Source: Camelus ferus
Lineage: Eukaryota
Length of the DNA stretch: 64,000 nucleotides
NCBI RefSeq assembly: GCF_009834535.1
Contig: NC_045707.1
Span: 58,964,001 to 59,028,000, forward strand
Direction: 5' to 3'
The position numbers and the translations under genes are program-made. Numbering within the stretch: position 1 is the stretch's first letter; the number at the start of each line of letters is the position of its first letter. This document shows, piece by piece, positions 52,306 to 64,000 of this stretch. The notes under the pieces are model-generated. The model searched no databases, was not told the origin of the DNA, and worked only from the letters and a program-made list of their open reading frames with translations.

Positions 52306-55300
52306 TGTCTTTCCCCACCCGCAGGAATCGCACAGCCTGTTTATGCTGGGCTTCTACTGCTTTCCTATTTGAGGAGCCCCGTACAGATGGACTCTCTATG
52401 CGATTCCCCTATCGTCTTACGCTCAGGTTTGTTCAGGATTTTGTCGTTAGACTTGATGAAGTCAAGACACAAAAGATCTAAGGTTAGGATGTATAAAGGA
52501 AACGAGATTTTTAAAGTTTGAATTTTCCATGGACTCAAGAATCCTCCTTTGACTTTTTCAAAGAAATGCCCTTCTACTGGAGGAAAAAAAAAACCTCCAT
52601 TAGGTGCTGGTGCTTTGACAGGTTTAATAGTAACAGGCCCACAGACAGGAGACAGACGCTCTTGTACTTGCAATATGCAGCTGGTGTGCGTGAACTGACA
52701 TCTTCCTTCTTTGCTACCCTTGGTTTCATTAACCTTCAGAATTCCTTTTATTCCCCTGTCTTCACCTAATCTTATTATTCCCTTAAAAGTCTGGCATGAG
52801 CAACAAAACATGAGCAACTCAGTAATTTTGTTAACCAATTAGGTTATCCTTTAATGGAGGCTTCATTATCCCAAGTCTTAGCTACGTGTGGTGGTAACAT
52901 TGGAAGATCACATCTTAGCTAATGTGATACAATGTCCCAGTATATCTTTTTCCCTCATGTTTAGATAAATTTTGTCCCATCTGCATGAAGCGTATTACCC
53001 TAGTTCTTAACGAGGCTGCACACTTGAGCATCCCTAAAAAAAAAGCTCATGGAGAAAATGAAATAGAAACCTCCATGTTTTGATCTCTCCTTCACAATAT
53101 TATATTGCTACCAAGGCTTAAAAATAAAACTTCATCTAGTTAGTATCTTACATTTACAGATATACATTTACCATAGATACATAGGAATATGGTAGAGAAT
53201 TAGGAAGTAACAGATCAGAAAGTACAGAAGGACCTCACAGTAATCCAATGCTATGTCATAGTCTGTTCCTAATCCTTGCTTTAAGTACATTGTCCAGCTA
53301 TTCTGAAGATGTCTCTTTCCCCTGACTTTTACTTGGATTTACCTCAGTAGGAGCTAATAGTGTATCATAAAGTGGAATTAGTGTAAATCAAACTAACAGG
53401 CTTGATCGTTGGGCAGAAACTTTACATATGCACGAAGAAATTGCTCTGTGGACGTCTGTCTGTTTCTGTGGATGTCTCTGTCTATCACCATTTGGCAGCA
53501 GCTTACAAGGGATTTTGGTCCATAATGTTTGTTTTGTTTTTTTAAGTCATAATATTCCCAATTTAAAGTCTGTATCTCATTGAGAGTTGTCAAGAAACAT
53601 CTTTAAATATGAAAATCTTAAGGAACTTCCCTCCCTTTTGTAATAATAGAAACAAGTATTAGAATAGCTAGGGATGTTTTTAATGATTTTTTAAAATTTT
53701 TCCCTTTCATTATTTCATTTAGTTTTATTAATTTTTTTAATTCTTTTTTTTTTCCTCTTCTCTCTACTTGCTTTACCCTTCATTTCATACTCATAGCACT
53801 TGTCAATGTAGCAATGGCTACTATTTGCATTTTCCATTCAATAAAAATGTTCCTTTTGTGACAGACATGCATACCTCTGGGATACATTACCATAACCAGT
53901 AAGTACTCAGCTTTTTCAGCTCAGAAGTACATTCCAATTCTTAAGACTTGTCATTTATCAGAAAGTAATCTAGACCACCTCAGTCTGCCTTTTTCCTTGA
54001 CAAAAAGGTTGGGGGGGGGGTTTAAAACTAAGTGCTTTGCATAACTCAAGGCTGTTAAGATTACATATAATAACGTATTAAAATATTCTATCATTATTAT
54101 TTTTATTACTGCAATCAGAGCACGAGAGTCCCAATTTGGGGACCAAACTTACATATATAGCTGGAATAAGTCACCTGTTCCTGTCGTATGATTTCTGAGA
54201 TGCTCAGCAGGGACCAGGGTCCTGAAATATAACTTGTCCCTCCTGCTCGCTGCTGCCTCAAGGTAATTCCCTAGAGTGCCATTATTTTGACTTAAGGTTT
54301 CTTGGTCTCTGTTAACATGCAAACAGCCCTGGAAGCTCAGACCTACTTATGTCAAACCTGTGTAGGCATGATGTTTCAGTAGCTTTTTTATGCCTGGGTT
54401 TTATTATTCAGGAATTAAGACCTTGAAGGGACTGGGAAGGTTAGAGCAGGGTTAAGTCACCTAACACAGCTGTATTTCAACAAGGTTATTTGCTTCTGAA
54501 GTTGAGGATCCTGTTTCCTAGTGACTTGTCTGTTGGTTTTTTTAATATCCAGGACTAGTCATTGTACCCTCTGGCCACTAAATAGTTTAATTCAATGCCA
54601 GAGAGAAGTCTAGTAGGAAGCCAAGGCGTTTTACCATTTCTTCAAACTGAAAAGCCAGCATTACCTTCAGCTGCTAAACTGTGACAGGCGTTTCTAGCGG
54701 CATATGGCTGTTTGGAAGGCTTCCCTGTTTGGGAAACTGGCTGTTCTGAAGTCACCCCTGGTTAGTCACATGGCTGACTTGCTGACAGGCTGTCTGAAGC
54801 TTCCAGCCCTTTTGCAATCATCAAAACACATTTGATGCACGTTGAATCTTTGGTGTCACTATAGGCAAAGGAGTTACTTTCTTCTATCAAAAGTGCCTAT
54901 AATTTTAGTGTGAGACTTAGCTGAATACCGTGCTGTTTAAACACCAGAGCCCTCCTCTCCAATTCCCATTAAGCATCAGATACCCAAACATCCTTGCCTT
55001 AGATGGAGGTAACAAGTCAGATTTCCCAACTCAGCCAGTGGTAATTGGGCTGAAAACTACGTCTCTCCTGAATCATTCCCATAGAAGGGCCTAAATAAAA
55101 CTTTCTACTTCAGCCCAACTCACTTAAAGAGAAGAGCTTTTCACAGCTGTGTGGTTCACAAGGCCCCGGGGACTCAACTGCACAATGTGTTCCGTTTCTC
55201 TGGGAGAAGTCAGTCTGAGAGAGAGAAAATTCTGAGACAGAAAATTCTCAAAGTGTAATATTGATGACAGTCAAAATCTTAATGATGCAGGGTGCTTCTC

Positions 55301-57699
55301 AGAGGGTAATTTGTATGCAGGTCAATAGCCTTAACTCTGTAAACAAATGAAATCCATTCTCACGGCACCAAATGTTTATTTCATAATTTGTTTTATGGCT
55401 AAATATTGGTCTAAAGAATTACATCACTGAGTAGGGTAAAGGTTAACAGCTGTACACATAAAACAGTGTGGCAGATTTTATCATTACAAAATGCAAATAC
55501 AGGTCAGATTTTGGATTTTTTTTCCCTTTTCCTTTCTTTTTTCTTTTTAAAAAGTAAACTCCACTTTCTCATATGCATATTTCCCCCCACAGAAGTTTGT
55601 AGAGTCCGAAAATGAGTATAGGTCATAAAATCTGACTTTGTAAATTTTAGGCTAGTGAGTATTTATAAATGAAAGGTTCTAGCAAAAAGGGTCACTTTGA
55701 AAAATTGGAAGGAATGAATCTTTTTCTGCTTTTGTCACAATGTAAGTTAGTAATTGTGGATGAGTTTCATAACTTCACCAGACCTCTGTCTATTCATCTG
55801 TTCGTCAGGTCTTGAAACTATTAACTCAGATTTCTTGGAAGACTAAAGTAAGATTAAACCAGTAAAGATACTTTAAGTTTTTAAATGGGATGTCTAGATG
55901 TCCATTTGGTATATTATACATCATTAGCCAATCACTTTTCCTGAGTATTTAGTCAGAGATATGACTAGTCCTAAACCTGATTATGTCTCTCAGATCAGAT
56001 CTCATCTGGATCTAGTTTATGCTTAAACAACACCCCAGGATCTGCAATCAGAAAACCTGAGCTCTAGTTTCCAACAGATCAATTTCCATCTCTGAAGTCT
56101 TTATTTGAGCCTCAGTTTCCATCTCAATCAAAGTATCATAACAGTAGCACCTGTCTCACTGGGGTACTATACGGCTTGAATGTGTTTTTGAATTGGTGTC
56201 TAAGCATACATACATTCACCATATTGTGTAACTGATGAAGAGTTATGCTAAATCATAGTAATTCTAACACCACTTAAACTTTTAAAGCACCTACTCTTCA
56301 ATATATTTCATGATATCATGGTGAGAGAATAATGGGTATAAATCAACAGCAGCAGATGAAAAAAATTAGCCTCCAGCCAACCATATAGTATAGTTCACTG
56401 TCTGGCAATACTTTTAGTTTTTATTATTTTCTGCCTCTGGGTTTGCAAATCAGAGCTAGTTTGCACAAATGTTCCCCAAGTACTCTGATCCTGTACCGGC
56501 TTTATTTTTAAAATCCCATTCTGTAAACGACAGAAACAGAAGACCCACTTGAAGTTGATTATCATTTTCAAGAGGATTATCTTCATTTGAAGCACACTGC
56601 TTAAATATTACCTCTCTGATTACTAGACAGGTTGTAGATTAAAATCTTTAATCCTACTATGGACAAATAAATAGAAGAAAATATTTTCTCTAAGTTTTCT
56701 GATTAACTGTCAGTTTTCAGTGACCCACGTGCATGTGTAACCATCCACAGCTGTAAGAATTCTAGTTGTGTTTCTATGAAGTTTAATGCTGGGTTTTATT
56801 GAAAACGCTCTCTTTAAAGCCGTATTAAGAAAGTGGCAAAGTAGATACGAGACTCCTGCCAATGACAATAAATAACAAGGAAAAAGAGCCTTTTAAGTTA
56901 ATTTTGTCCCCCCAGTTTTCTTTCCTCTCTCTATTCCTAGCCAGCGAGCGAGGCGCAGTATTTCGTCGCCTCGATGACTTTTGCAAAGCTGAAAGCGGCA
57001 CTGTTTTAGAAGACAAAGACTCTTCCTACCTGATAAAAGCCTGTACTCAGCCTAAAAAGGAAGGGAGTGAGGGGAGCTTTGGGCACATGAAAAAGAATCT
57101 CCCCATCCTGCAAGCTGCAGTAGAGAGAGTCACTCCTGCTCTGGCACTGCCCCGGGGCTCCCAGGATTCAGAAGGGGACAACCGTACTGGCTCCTGGAGA
57201 GGCAGAAGCCCAGGGGTGGGGAAGATCAGACCCTGGCAGAGATGTCAGTGCCAAGCTTCTGGGGGTGGCTGCTGATAGCACACGTTCACTGGGACTGTAA
57301 GGCTTGTACAGCTCCCCCAAAGATACAGAACAGCAGCAAAGATGAAAGGAGAAAAAACACTACCACCAGCACCATGAGCCAGCCGTTTTCACATTTAAAT
57401 GCTTCATCAATAATGGATGTTCCAAAATATATAATTCTTCTTCTATTAAGAATTCTGATTTTATATGTGCGTATAGCTACATAGACACAAATGTGTTAAT
57501 ATATTTAAAGCCCATTTAAACAGAATCTTTTGGAAGATAAGGAAATTAACTCATTGTTCTAAAAACAGGTCAATAAAAGGACAGAATCAAAGCCTTTTAC
57601 CCTGAATCTCCTATCTGGAGTATGGCTCAGACATGGAGATTCTGCCAAGTTCCTTGGTGAAGCTCCTGTGCAGCCAACGGTTGAGGACCATGATTCTAG

Positions 57700-58455
57700 A
57701 TGGAACTATCAGTCTGTAGGGTATCACGAAGTACAGAGGAGTGTGGTGGATGACATCACGGAGGGGAAATCAGCAAAATCCCACTCTCTAAGGTCTTGTT
57801 TTTAAACCATGGTCCGTGTGGCTCCAGCACTAGGTGGGAACTAGTTAGAAATGCAGACTCTCAGGCCTCAGCCCAGACCTACTGACTTGGAATCCGCACT
57901 TCAACACCATCTTCGGGTGAGTTATAGGTACGTTTCTATCTGAGAAGCACTGCCCCTGAAGCAACAAGAAACTGGTTTCTTTAACGGCTCAAGAGTAGGG
58001 AGGAAACAGAGAGGAAACTTACCAACCAGTACTTGAAAGATCTATCAGTACATGAAATGTGGGAATGAGGATACTGAATCACAAACTTACTCAGAGAGCA
58101 CATGCTTATTTAGAAATAATGGAAACATCTGAACTGACTATTTGATGACATTAACAGATTATTAATTCTTGCAATGTTATGAAGGTCTTATAAAAGATAG
58201 GGGACCTTACTATCATCCAGTGATACATGATAAAGTATCTATGGATTAAAGTTGATGAAGTTTGGGATTTGCTTCAAAATAGTTCAGACTGGGAGGAGGA
58301 AAGCAGATAGGGTAAAGGGGAAAAGATTAGACATGTAGGTAATAAATGACAATGGGTGAGGAAAACATACGGCAGGTCTACAACACTATTCATTTTGATG
58401 CTGTGTATGCGTACAGTTTTCCATTACAGCAAGTTTCCTTTAAAAAAAAAAAAAG
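57700..58455 (+). mobile_element. L1MC-type 3' UTR with a nested MER5A (about 57790-57952)
   Basis: MER5A core GTTAGAAATGCAGACTCTCAGGCCTCAGCCCAGACCTACTGA...TGAGAAGCACTG. L1MC text TGGGATTTGCTTCAAAATA and an A-tail at 58442. Confidence 0.75.
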
Positions 58456-58599
58456 GACATTAAGTGACTGCCCAAGTTCTATAACAAAAAATTATTGATG
58501 TAAGAATTCAAATTAGGTTTGTTTCCCTCCAGGATCTGTGCTTTTACTCTTCTGTTGACATCACCCCATTTCCAGAGTCCTCAATGCCTCTCAGTACTG

Positions 58600-59560
58600 C
58601 CGCCCGCTCGCTCGCTGTGTACCGTGTGTCAGGCATTGTGTTATGCTGCAGGTACACAGGTTTTTACAGGAGGTCACAATAAAGGGGAAAGAGAAAGATA
58701 AACATGGGAAGTACTCTAATAAAAGCACGAGCAGAGTCCTGGGACAGGTAAGAGGAACTATCTTGGGCAGTGACAGTGACACCCTCCTGTTTCACAGAAG
58801 GAGAGGCATTTGAGAGGTTCCTAGTTTGAATGTTGACAGGTAATACTGCCTACATGAAGAAATTGTGAAAAAGCCCAGAATACTCTTGGATGATAATAAT
58901 CCAACTTGAAAGTAAGAGACGTCAAGGCAATGACGTGCCTGCAGACGAACATGAAGCAGTAGCAGGAGCCAGGAGAGGAAGGTGGATCACAACGGCCTGG
59001 GTCATCGCTGCACCCCAGGCACCCGGCACAATGAACGGCACACAGTACATGAATGAATGGTTTTACCACATGGTCGATCAGGAGCCCTCGGGTACCTTTA
59101 ATGTTGGTGACATGATTGTAGATTTAGAAAAATAGCAATGCCAACAGTGTGGAGAACTGTCTAGCTGGATGAACAGTGGAGGAGTGGAGCAGAAGTTTGC
59201 TCTAAGAGATTAGGAGGCATGGTGGGCGCCTCCCCTACAGAGGTGGCAGTACGGATGAGTGGAGACCAGCGTTCAGAGATACTTCTGCGTGGAGCTCAGT
59301 AAGATAGAGGGACTGGATGTGACCATGCCCAGGAAAAAACATAGTACTGGATGATTCTATTCTAACTTACAAGACTGGGTTTTTACGGCACTTTACTGTA
59401 GCACAGGAAAGGAGCAAAAGCTTGTCCTTGAAAAGGACTGATAAATTCTACTTTGATTAAGTTAAGTCCGAGATGCTTAAGGTCAGTATTAAAATGATAA
59501 ACCTGGAGCTATCTAAGAAAGGCAGAAAACTTGTGTGGGAGGCCTTTGCATATAAACAAA
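58600..59560 (-). mobile_element. L2 fragments
   Basis: TGTGTCAGGCATTGTGTTATGCTGCAGGTACA...GGTGACATGATTGTAGATTTAGAAAAAT...GAGGGACTGGATGTG. Confidence 0.6.
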
Positions 59561-60254
59561 TAATAATCCTGAGAAGATGATACTTAAATTTCATTGAAAT
59601 CTTCTTGAGAGCAGGGTACTCAGTATATTTCATTTAGATGACAATTGAAGTCACAGGGGTAGAGAGAAAATAAATCACTGAAGGAGAGAGAAAAAGAGCT
59701 AAGACAGTATCTTGAACCGAAAATGTCTTGTCCCTTACTGCTGTCTTCAGTGTTCCCCCTCTCATTCCTAATGCTTGCAAAATGCCAGTGTCTCTGCTCC
59801 TTATGGCCTCCCGTCCTTTACTTTCCTTTTCCCCAGGCCTATAATCCCCTTCTAGCTTCACTTGCCCCTTAGTTGGGTTTCTTAACACATCTTGCAATGA
59901 TGTGTCTAATGGCTGCTAAGAATTTCTCCATCCAGAAACCTGAGAGACCCTGAATGAACCATTTGTTTTCTTCATTCCCTAACACTGAAATGCTCAGTAC
60001 TGTAAGAAAACGTCTCAGTGCCATGTCAGTTTATGCGTTTATTTTATTTATTTTTAATTCAGCTGTTTTAACAAAGGTCTAGTAAAATCCTCCATTAGAA
60101 AAGAACCATTCTATTTTGGAAGCAGTATGGGAGTCCAAGAAGGGTAAGGGGAGAGGGGGAGGAGAAGAAAGGGAGGGAAGAAAGATGTACAACAAAACTG
60201 CTAGACTTCTCACACCATTCATTCACCAATTGCACCAGAGAAGATAGAAGAGAG

Positions 60255-60385
60255 ATCGCCCTCAAGTGCACTGGACTTTTTACCAAGTTCAACCAATGAG
60301 CATAGTGGCCGCTAACATTTCAAGACCTCGGTTCACGGCAGTGGTCGCCTTTCTCGGGGTTGTGTGAAAGGGACGGGGCTGGTGG
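60255..60385. promoter_or_regulatory. Candidate CCAAT/GC-box promoter-like element
   Basis: AACCAATGAG (NF-Y consensus) at 60291-60300, GGGACGGGGC at about 60370-60379, and about 7 CpGs in 120 bp. Confidence 0.35.
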
Positions 60386-61727
60386 GGATGCTCCTCTCAA
60401 CTTGCCTTAACTAACTTAGATTCTCCACTTCCCCTTTATCTTTTGGGGAGACCTCAATCCTGCTCTTACCCTTCACGTTTGGGGTTTTCTAGGGTGAGAC
60501 TCTGGCTGGGCAATTTAGGAAGGCACTGGTAACCTGTGTAAAACAGTGTCCTGCTTTTACAGACCGAGAAAGAGTTCAGGTCACCAAGTACTAAGGCAAG
60601 CCTGAGGCTGAGCAGTGAGTGACTGCCGTGAGAGTAGGCATTTACATAAGATTTGGGGTAGTTCATAAAGGGAGAAAGAATAGTCTAGACTTTGCATTAC
60701 TGCCAGCTTTTCATTTTAGTCTCCTGGGTGATAAAACAATCTGAAATATTCTGTTAAAAAAAAAAAAAAGTCAGTGTAGTCTTTTGGCATGTTAAAGACA
60801 AGTGATAAATGTTCAGTGGTGGTATCTCAAGGAAATGGTTCAATTATTTCAACTTCAGTCTTGGTTTTCATCTTGCTTCACATAGTTATGGAACACAGGC
60901 TAGTTGCCTCTGACTCTACTGAAATACTTATTTTTCCAATTCTGATCCTCTCCCCCAATTTTTCAAATAAGAATGATACCAGCAACTCTTTTACCCAACA
61001 GGGAATTTTATAAAATTAGAGATTTACTAGATAATCTTTATCCTATTACTTTTTTCTCTATTAGACATTCACAGTAATATAAAATTAAGGAAGCAGAAGT
61101 CATTCCATGCATTCGAATGTTGAACTAGTTTAGCCCCTGTTAAACTTTAGGTTTGCCCAGAAGTCAAGCATTTGAGATCCAGAAGACTTCAGAAAATACA
61201 AGAAACGTATTTGCAAAGACAAAAATACAAGACTGCTTGTCTTCTTTCAAGCAGCAGCTACTCAAGAACCCTTATATTCCTTTCAATATAGTTGACCTTT
61301 AAAACGTCAACTCTTGGAAGAGAAAAATGAAAGATGTCTGCTTGCAAATTTAAGAAAACCATTTGGGGATGTGTGGGAGGCAAATGACACATCGGGGCTC
61401 CTCTTATAGGCCTCAGTGTAATGGGCTCCAAATTCCACGAGGAAGGGAGTACAGCCTTCCTCCTCACTCCCTCCATCCTCCATCCAGATGGCTTCCTTGT
61501 TAAGGATGAGAAAATCATTTTTCCTTTGCGCTTAGCTAGTAGTGGAATTTGTTATACAACATTACCTTCTCCAGGTAAGGGCTGAGGGAGACAATTCAGG
61601 CCCATAAAACACCGAGTAAATTGGCCATTGTTGAGAGTACCATCTGTGATGGGAAGTGGAAAGTAACAGCACCAAGCAGGGTTCATGGGACTGTTTCAGA
61701 AATCTTATAGCCACAGTACTTACAAGT

Positions 61728-62750
61728 GGAGTTTCTGATATACAAAGAATGCATGCAACTCAATAGCAAAACAAACAAAAAAGAAAAGAAAGGAAAAAAA
61801 GACAAAAATTCAATTAAAAATTTGGCAGAAGATCTGAACAGACGTTTTTTCAAAGAAGAAATACAGATGGTCAAGATTTCACTGATCATCAGGGAAATGC
61901 AAATCAAAACCACAATGAGATAACCTCACACCTGTTAGAATGGCTATTATCAAAAAGACAATAACAAGTGCTAGTAAGAATGGAGAGAAAAGGGAACCCC
62001 TGTGCACTGTTGGTGGGAATGTAAATTGGTGCAGCCACTAGGGAAAACAGTATTGAGGTGCCTCAAAAAATTAAAAATAGAGCTACCCTAAGATCCAGCA
62101 ACTCTACCTCTGGGGATTTATCTGAGGAAAATGAAAACACCAAGTTGAAAAGATATCTGCAACCCATGTTCATTGCAATATTTACAGTAGCAAAGATATG
62201 GAAACAACTTAAGTGTCCATCGATAAGTAAGTGGAAAAAGATACAGTATGCATTATTTGGCCATGAAAAAGAATAGAATCTTGCCATTTGTGATAACATG
62301 GATGAAGCCTGAAGGCGTTATACTAAGTGAAATAAATTAGACAAAGAGAAATACTGTATAATCTCACCTATATATGGAATCTTAAGCAAAAAAGAGCTCA
62401 TAGATACAGAGAACAGATTGGTGGTTGCCAGCAGTGGGTGGGGCTAGACAAAATGGGTAAAAGGTTCAAAATGTACAAACTTCCAGTTGTAAAATAAGTA
62501 ACTGGAATGTGATATACTGGATGGTGATTACAACTAATATTATACTGCATATTTGAAAGTTGCTAAGAGTAAATCTTAATAACTTCACAAAAAAAATAAA
62601 TTTTGTAACTTTGTAGAGTGGCAGATGTTACCTAGACTTGTCATCATTTTGCAATTATACAAATACTGAATTATATTATGTATGGTACACCTGAAACTAA
62701 TACCATGTTCTGTGACAATTATATCTCGATTTAAAGGAAAAAACAAAAAG
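61728..62750 (+). mobile_element. L1 (L1MA9-like) ORF2 end and 3' UTR
   Basis: ORFs give [11 protein letters not shown]...[14 protein letters not shown] and PMFIAIFTVAKIWKQLKCPS. 3' UTR GAAAGTTGCTAAGAG...TACACCTGAAACTAAT...ATTATATCTC plus an A-rich tail. Confidence 0.92.
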
Positions 62751-63650
62751 AATAGTTTTGGCTTCCAGGCATCTATCTGTTCACCTAATAGCAACAAAAA
62801 AATGGTTAGAGGCTTAATTAAAATCATTAATGAAAATCATTTTGCCTTACTTCTTTCTTTTTGAAGTGGGATTTCGCTACGGAAGTCCTTGGTTCATGTT
62901 TCTATTTCACTCAAAATATAGGCAATTACCTTGTTCACCAATTCACTGCTGACTTGCATGTGGAAGCAAGTTCTCTGATTAAGCTGTGTATTGTGTAGTT
63001 TGACAGTTGAAGGAGCTGGGGGTAGGACTGGCAGCATCATCAGATGTGAATTATAAAGAATTCTTCCCTGTTTTTCTTAGTCTTTTTGTTTTAGGAAGAA
63101 AGGTGTTGGTGAAGCACATCAACAGGAAGTCATAGAATGAGAACTTCTTTTAACACTTGTCTGCCAGCTAACTGCACTACTGTGGGGGGACTGGCAGGCT
63201 CTCTTGGCATGTAAGCAGAAGTCTTTGTGTTTGTCAAAAGTGGCTTTCGGTCTAAGGCAATTTTCCATGAGCCTGGGATGCACATACTGTACAATTCAGA
63301 AGAAAACTCTCTTCCTACCCTTTTATTATTATCATTATTATAGAAATTTTGGGACAAGTCCTGAGTTGTGCAGTCTGTGTTTATAGGCTTGAAATTTTCC
63401 ATTGCCTTTTTGCTGTTTTGTTTTTTTTTTCTAAGCCCTCCAGTATTACACAGTGTTTTTTAGTGTATTTCATTTAAAATGATACAATGTTCTGGAAGAA
63501 AAACGAGAAAGAAACAATAGACTAGAATCTATTCCACTAGGAAGGATCTAGCATTTAATTTTCAGGGCTGGCATAAAAAAGTGCACAGAAAAAATTATTT
63601 GTCTGAATTACCTTAAAAGTAAAATACCCATTTGTTCTTGGTTACTTTGA

Positions 63651-63827
63651 ATTTTTTTATTTTCGTTTTTTAAAATTGAGGTATAGTTGATTTACAATGT
63701 TGTATTCGTTTCTGGTTACAGCATACTGATTCAGTTATACATATATATTTTTTCATATTCTTTTTCATTACAGGTTACTTGCAAGCCACTGACTATAGTT
63801 CCCTGTGCTATACAGTAGGATCTTGTT
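63651..63827 (-). mobile_element. Short young L1 3' end with probable TSD
   Basis: T-tail then ATTGAGGTATAGTTGATTTACAATGTTG...TAGTTCCCTGTGCTATACAGTAGG. GTTACTTT flanks both sides (63641-63648 and 63828-63835). Confidence 0.9.
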
Positions 63828-64000
63828 GTTACTTTATATTGTATTGTAAAAAACTCCCTTATGTTTGGGAGACTATGAAATCCTATCACATTCATACTAA
63901 ATGAAATCAGCTATTTCATGGTTCCTGATTATCATCATCCACATTCCCAGGAGCAACTTTTAATTGGAGACTAATTTGTAAAGGATAGGATGCTCATTGG

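Noticed and set aside
52365..52838. 157-aa minus-strand ORF and the overlapping 109-aa plus-strand ORF
   Set aside because: No recognisable protein similarity. Overlapping ORFs on both strands look like noise.
57825..57843. Weak CTCF-like motif (also near 13610, 22580 and 59240)
   Set aside because: Two or more mismatches at core positions, and mostly within repeats.
1..64000. CpG island, tRNA/rRNA/snRNA, NUMT or foreign (microbial) insert
   Set aside because: None recognised. CpG enrichment is limited to patches of roughly 300 bp or less, and composition is uniformly mammalian.

Overview
This is AT-rich, CpG-poor eutherian genomic DNA, most likely intronic or intergenic. It is dominated by transposable-element relics: ancient L2, MIR, hAT-type DNA transposons (MER3, MER5, Zaphod-like), MaLR/ERV solo LTRs, old L1M elements, and several younger L1 fragments with cetartiodactyl-type 3' ends. 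I saw no Alu, B1, Can-SINE, PRE-1, Bov-A/tA or CHR SINEs, so a camelid is the best guess (inference). I cannot support any intact protein-coding gene, tRNA, rRNA, miRNA or CRISPR array, and the only ORFs with recognisable homology are L1 ORF2 fragments. The most interesting observations are: (1) an old, once full-length L1 whose middle appears replaced by an inverted, 3'-truncated young L1 with no target-site duplication (TSD); (2) two further twin-priming-type inversions; (3) a 110-bp non-repeat segment with AATAAA, an A-tail and a 12-bp TSD that looks like an orphan retroposed 3' end; (4) splice-signal-bounded exon-like segments on both strands; and (5) a strong CTCF motif in a CpG-retaining patch plus several repeat-free motif clusters. 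I found no convincing novel biological system. Repeat family names come from recalled consensus sequences, and boundaries are approximate unless a TSD or splice site is quoted.
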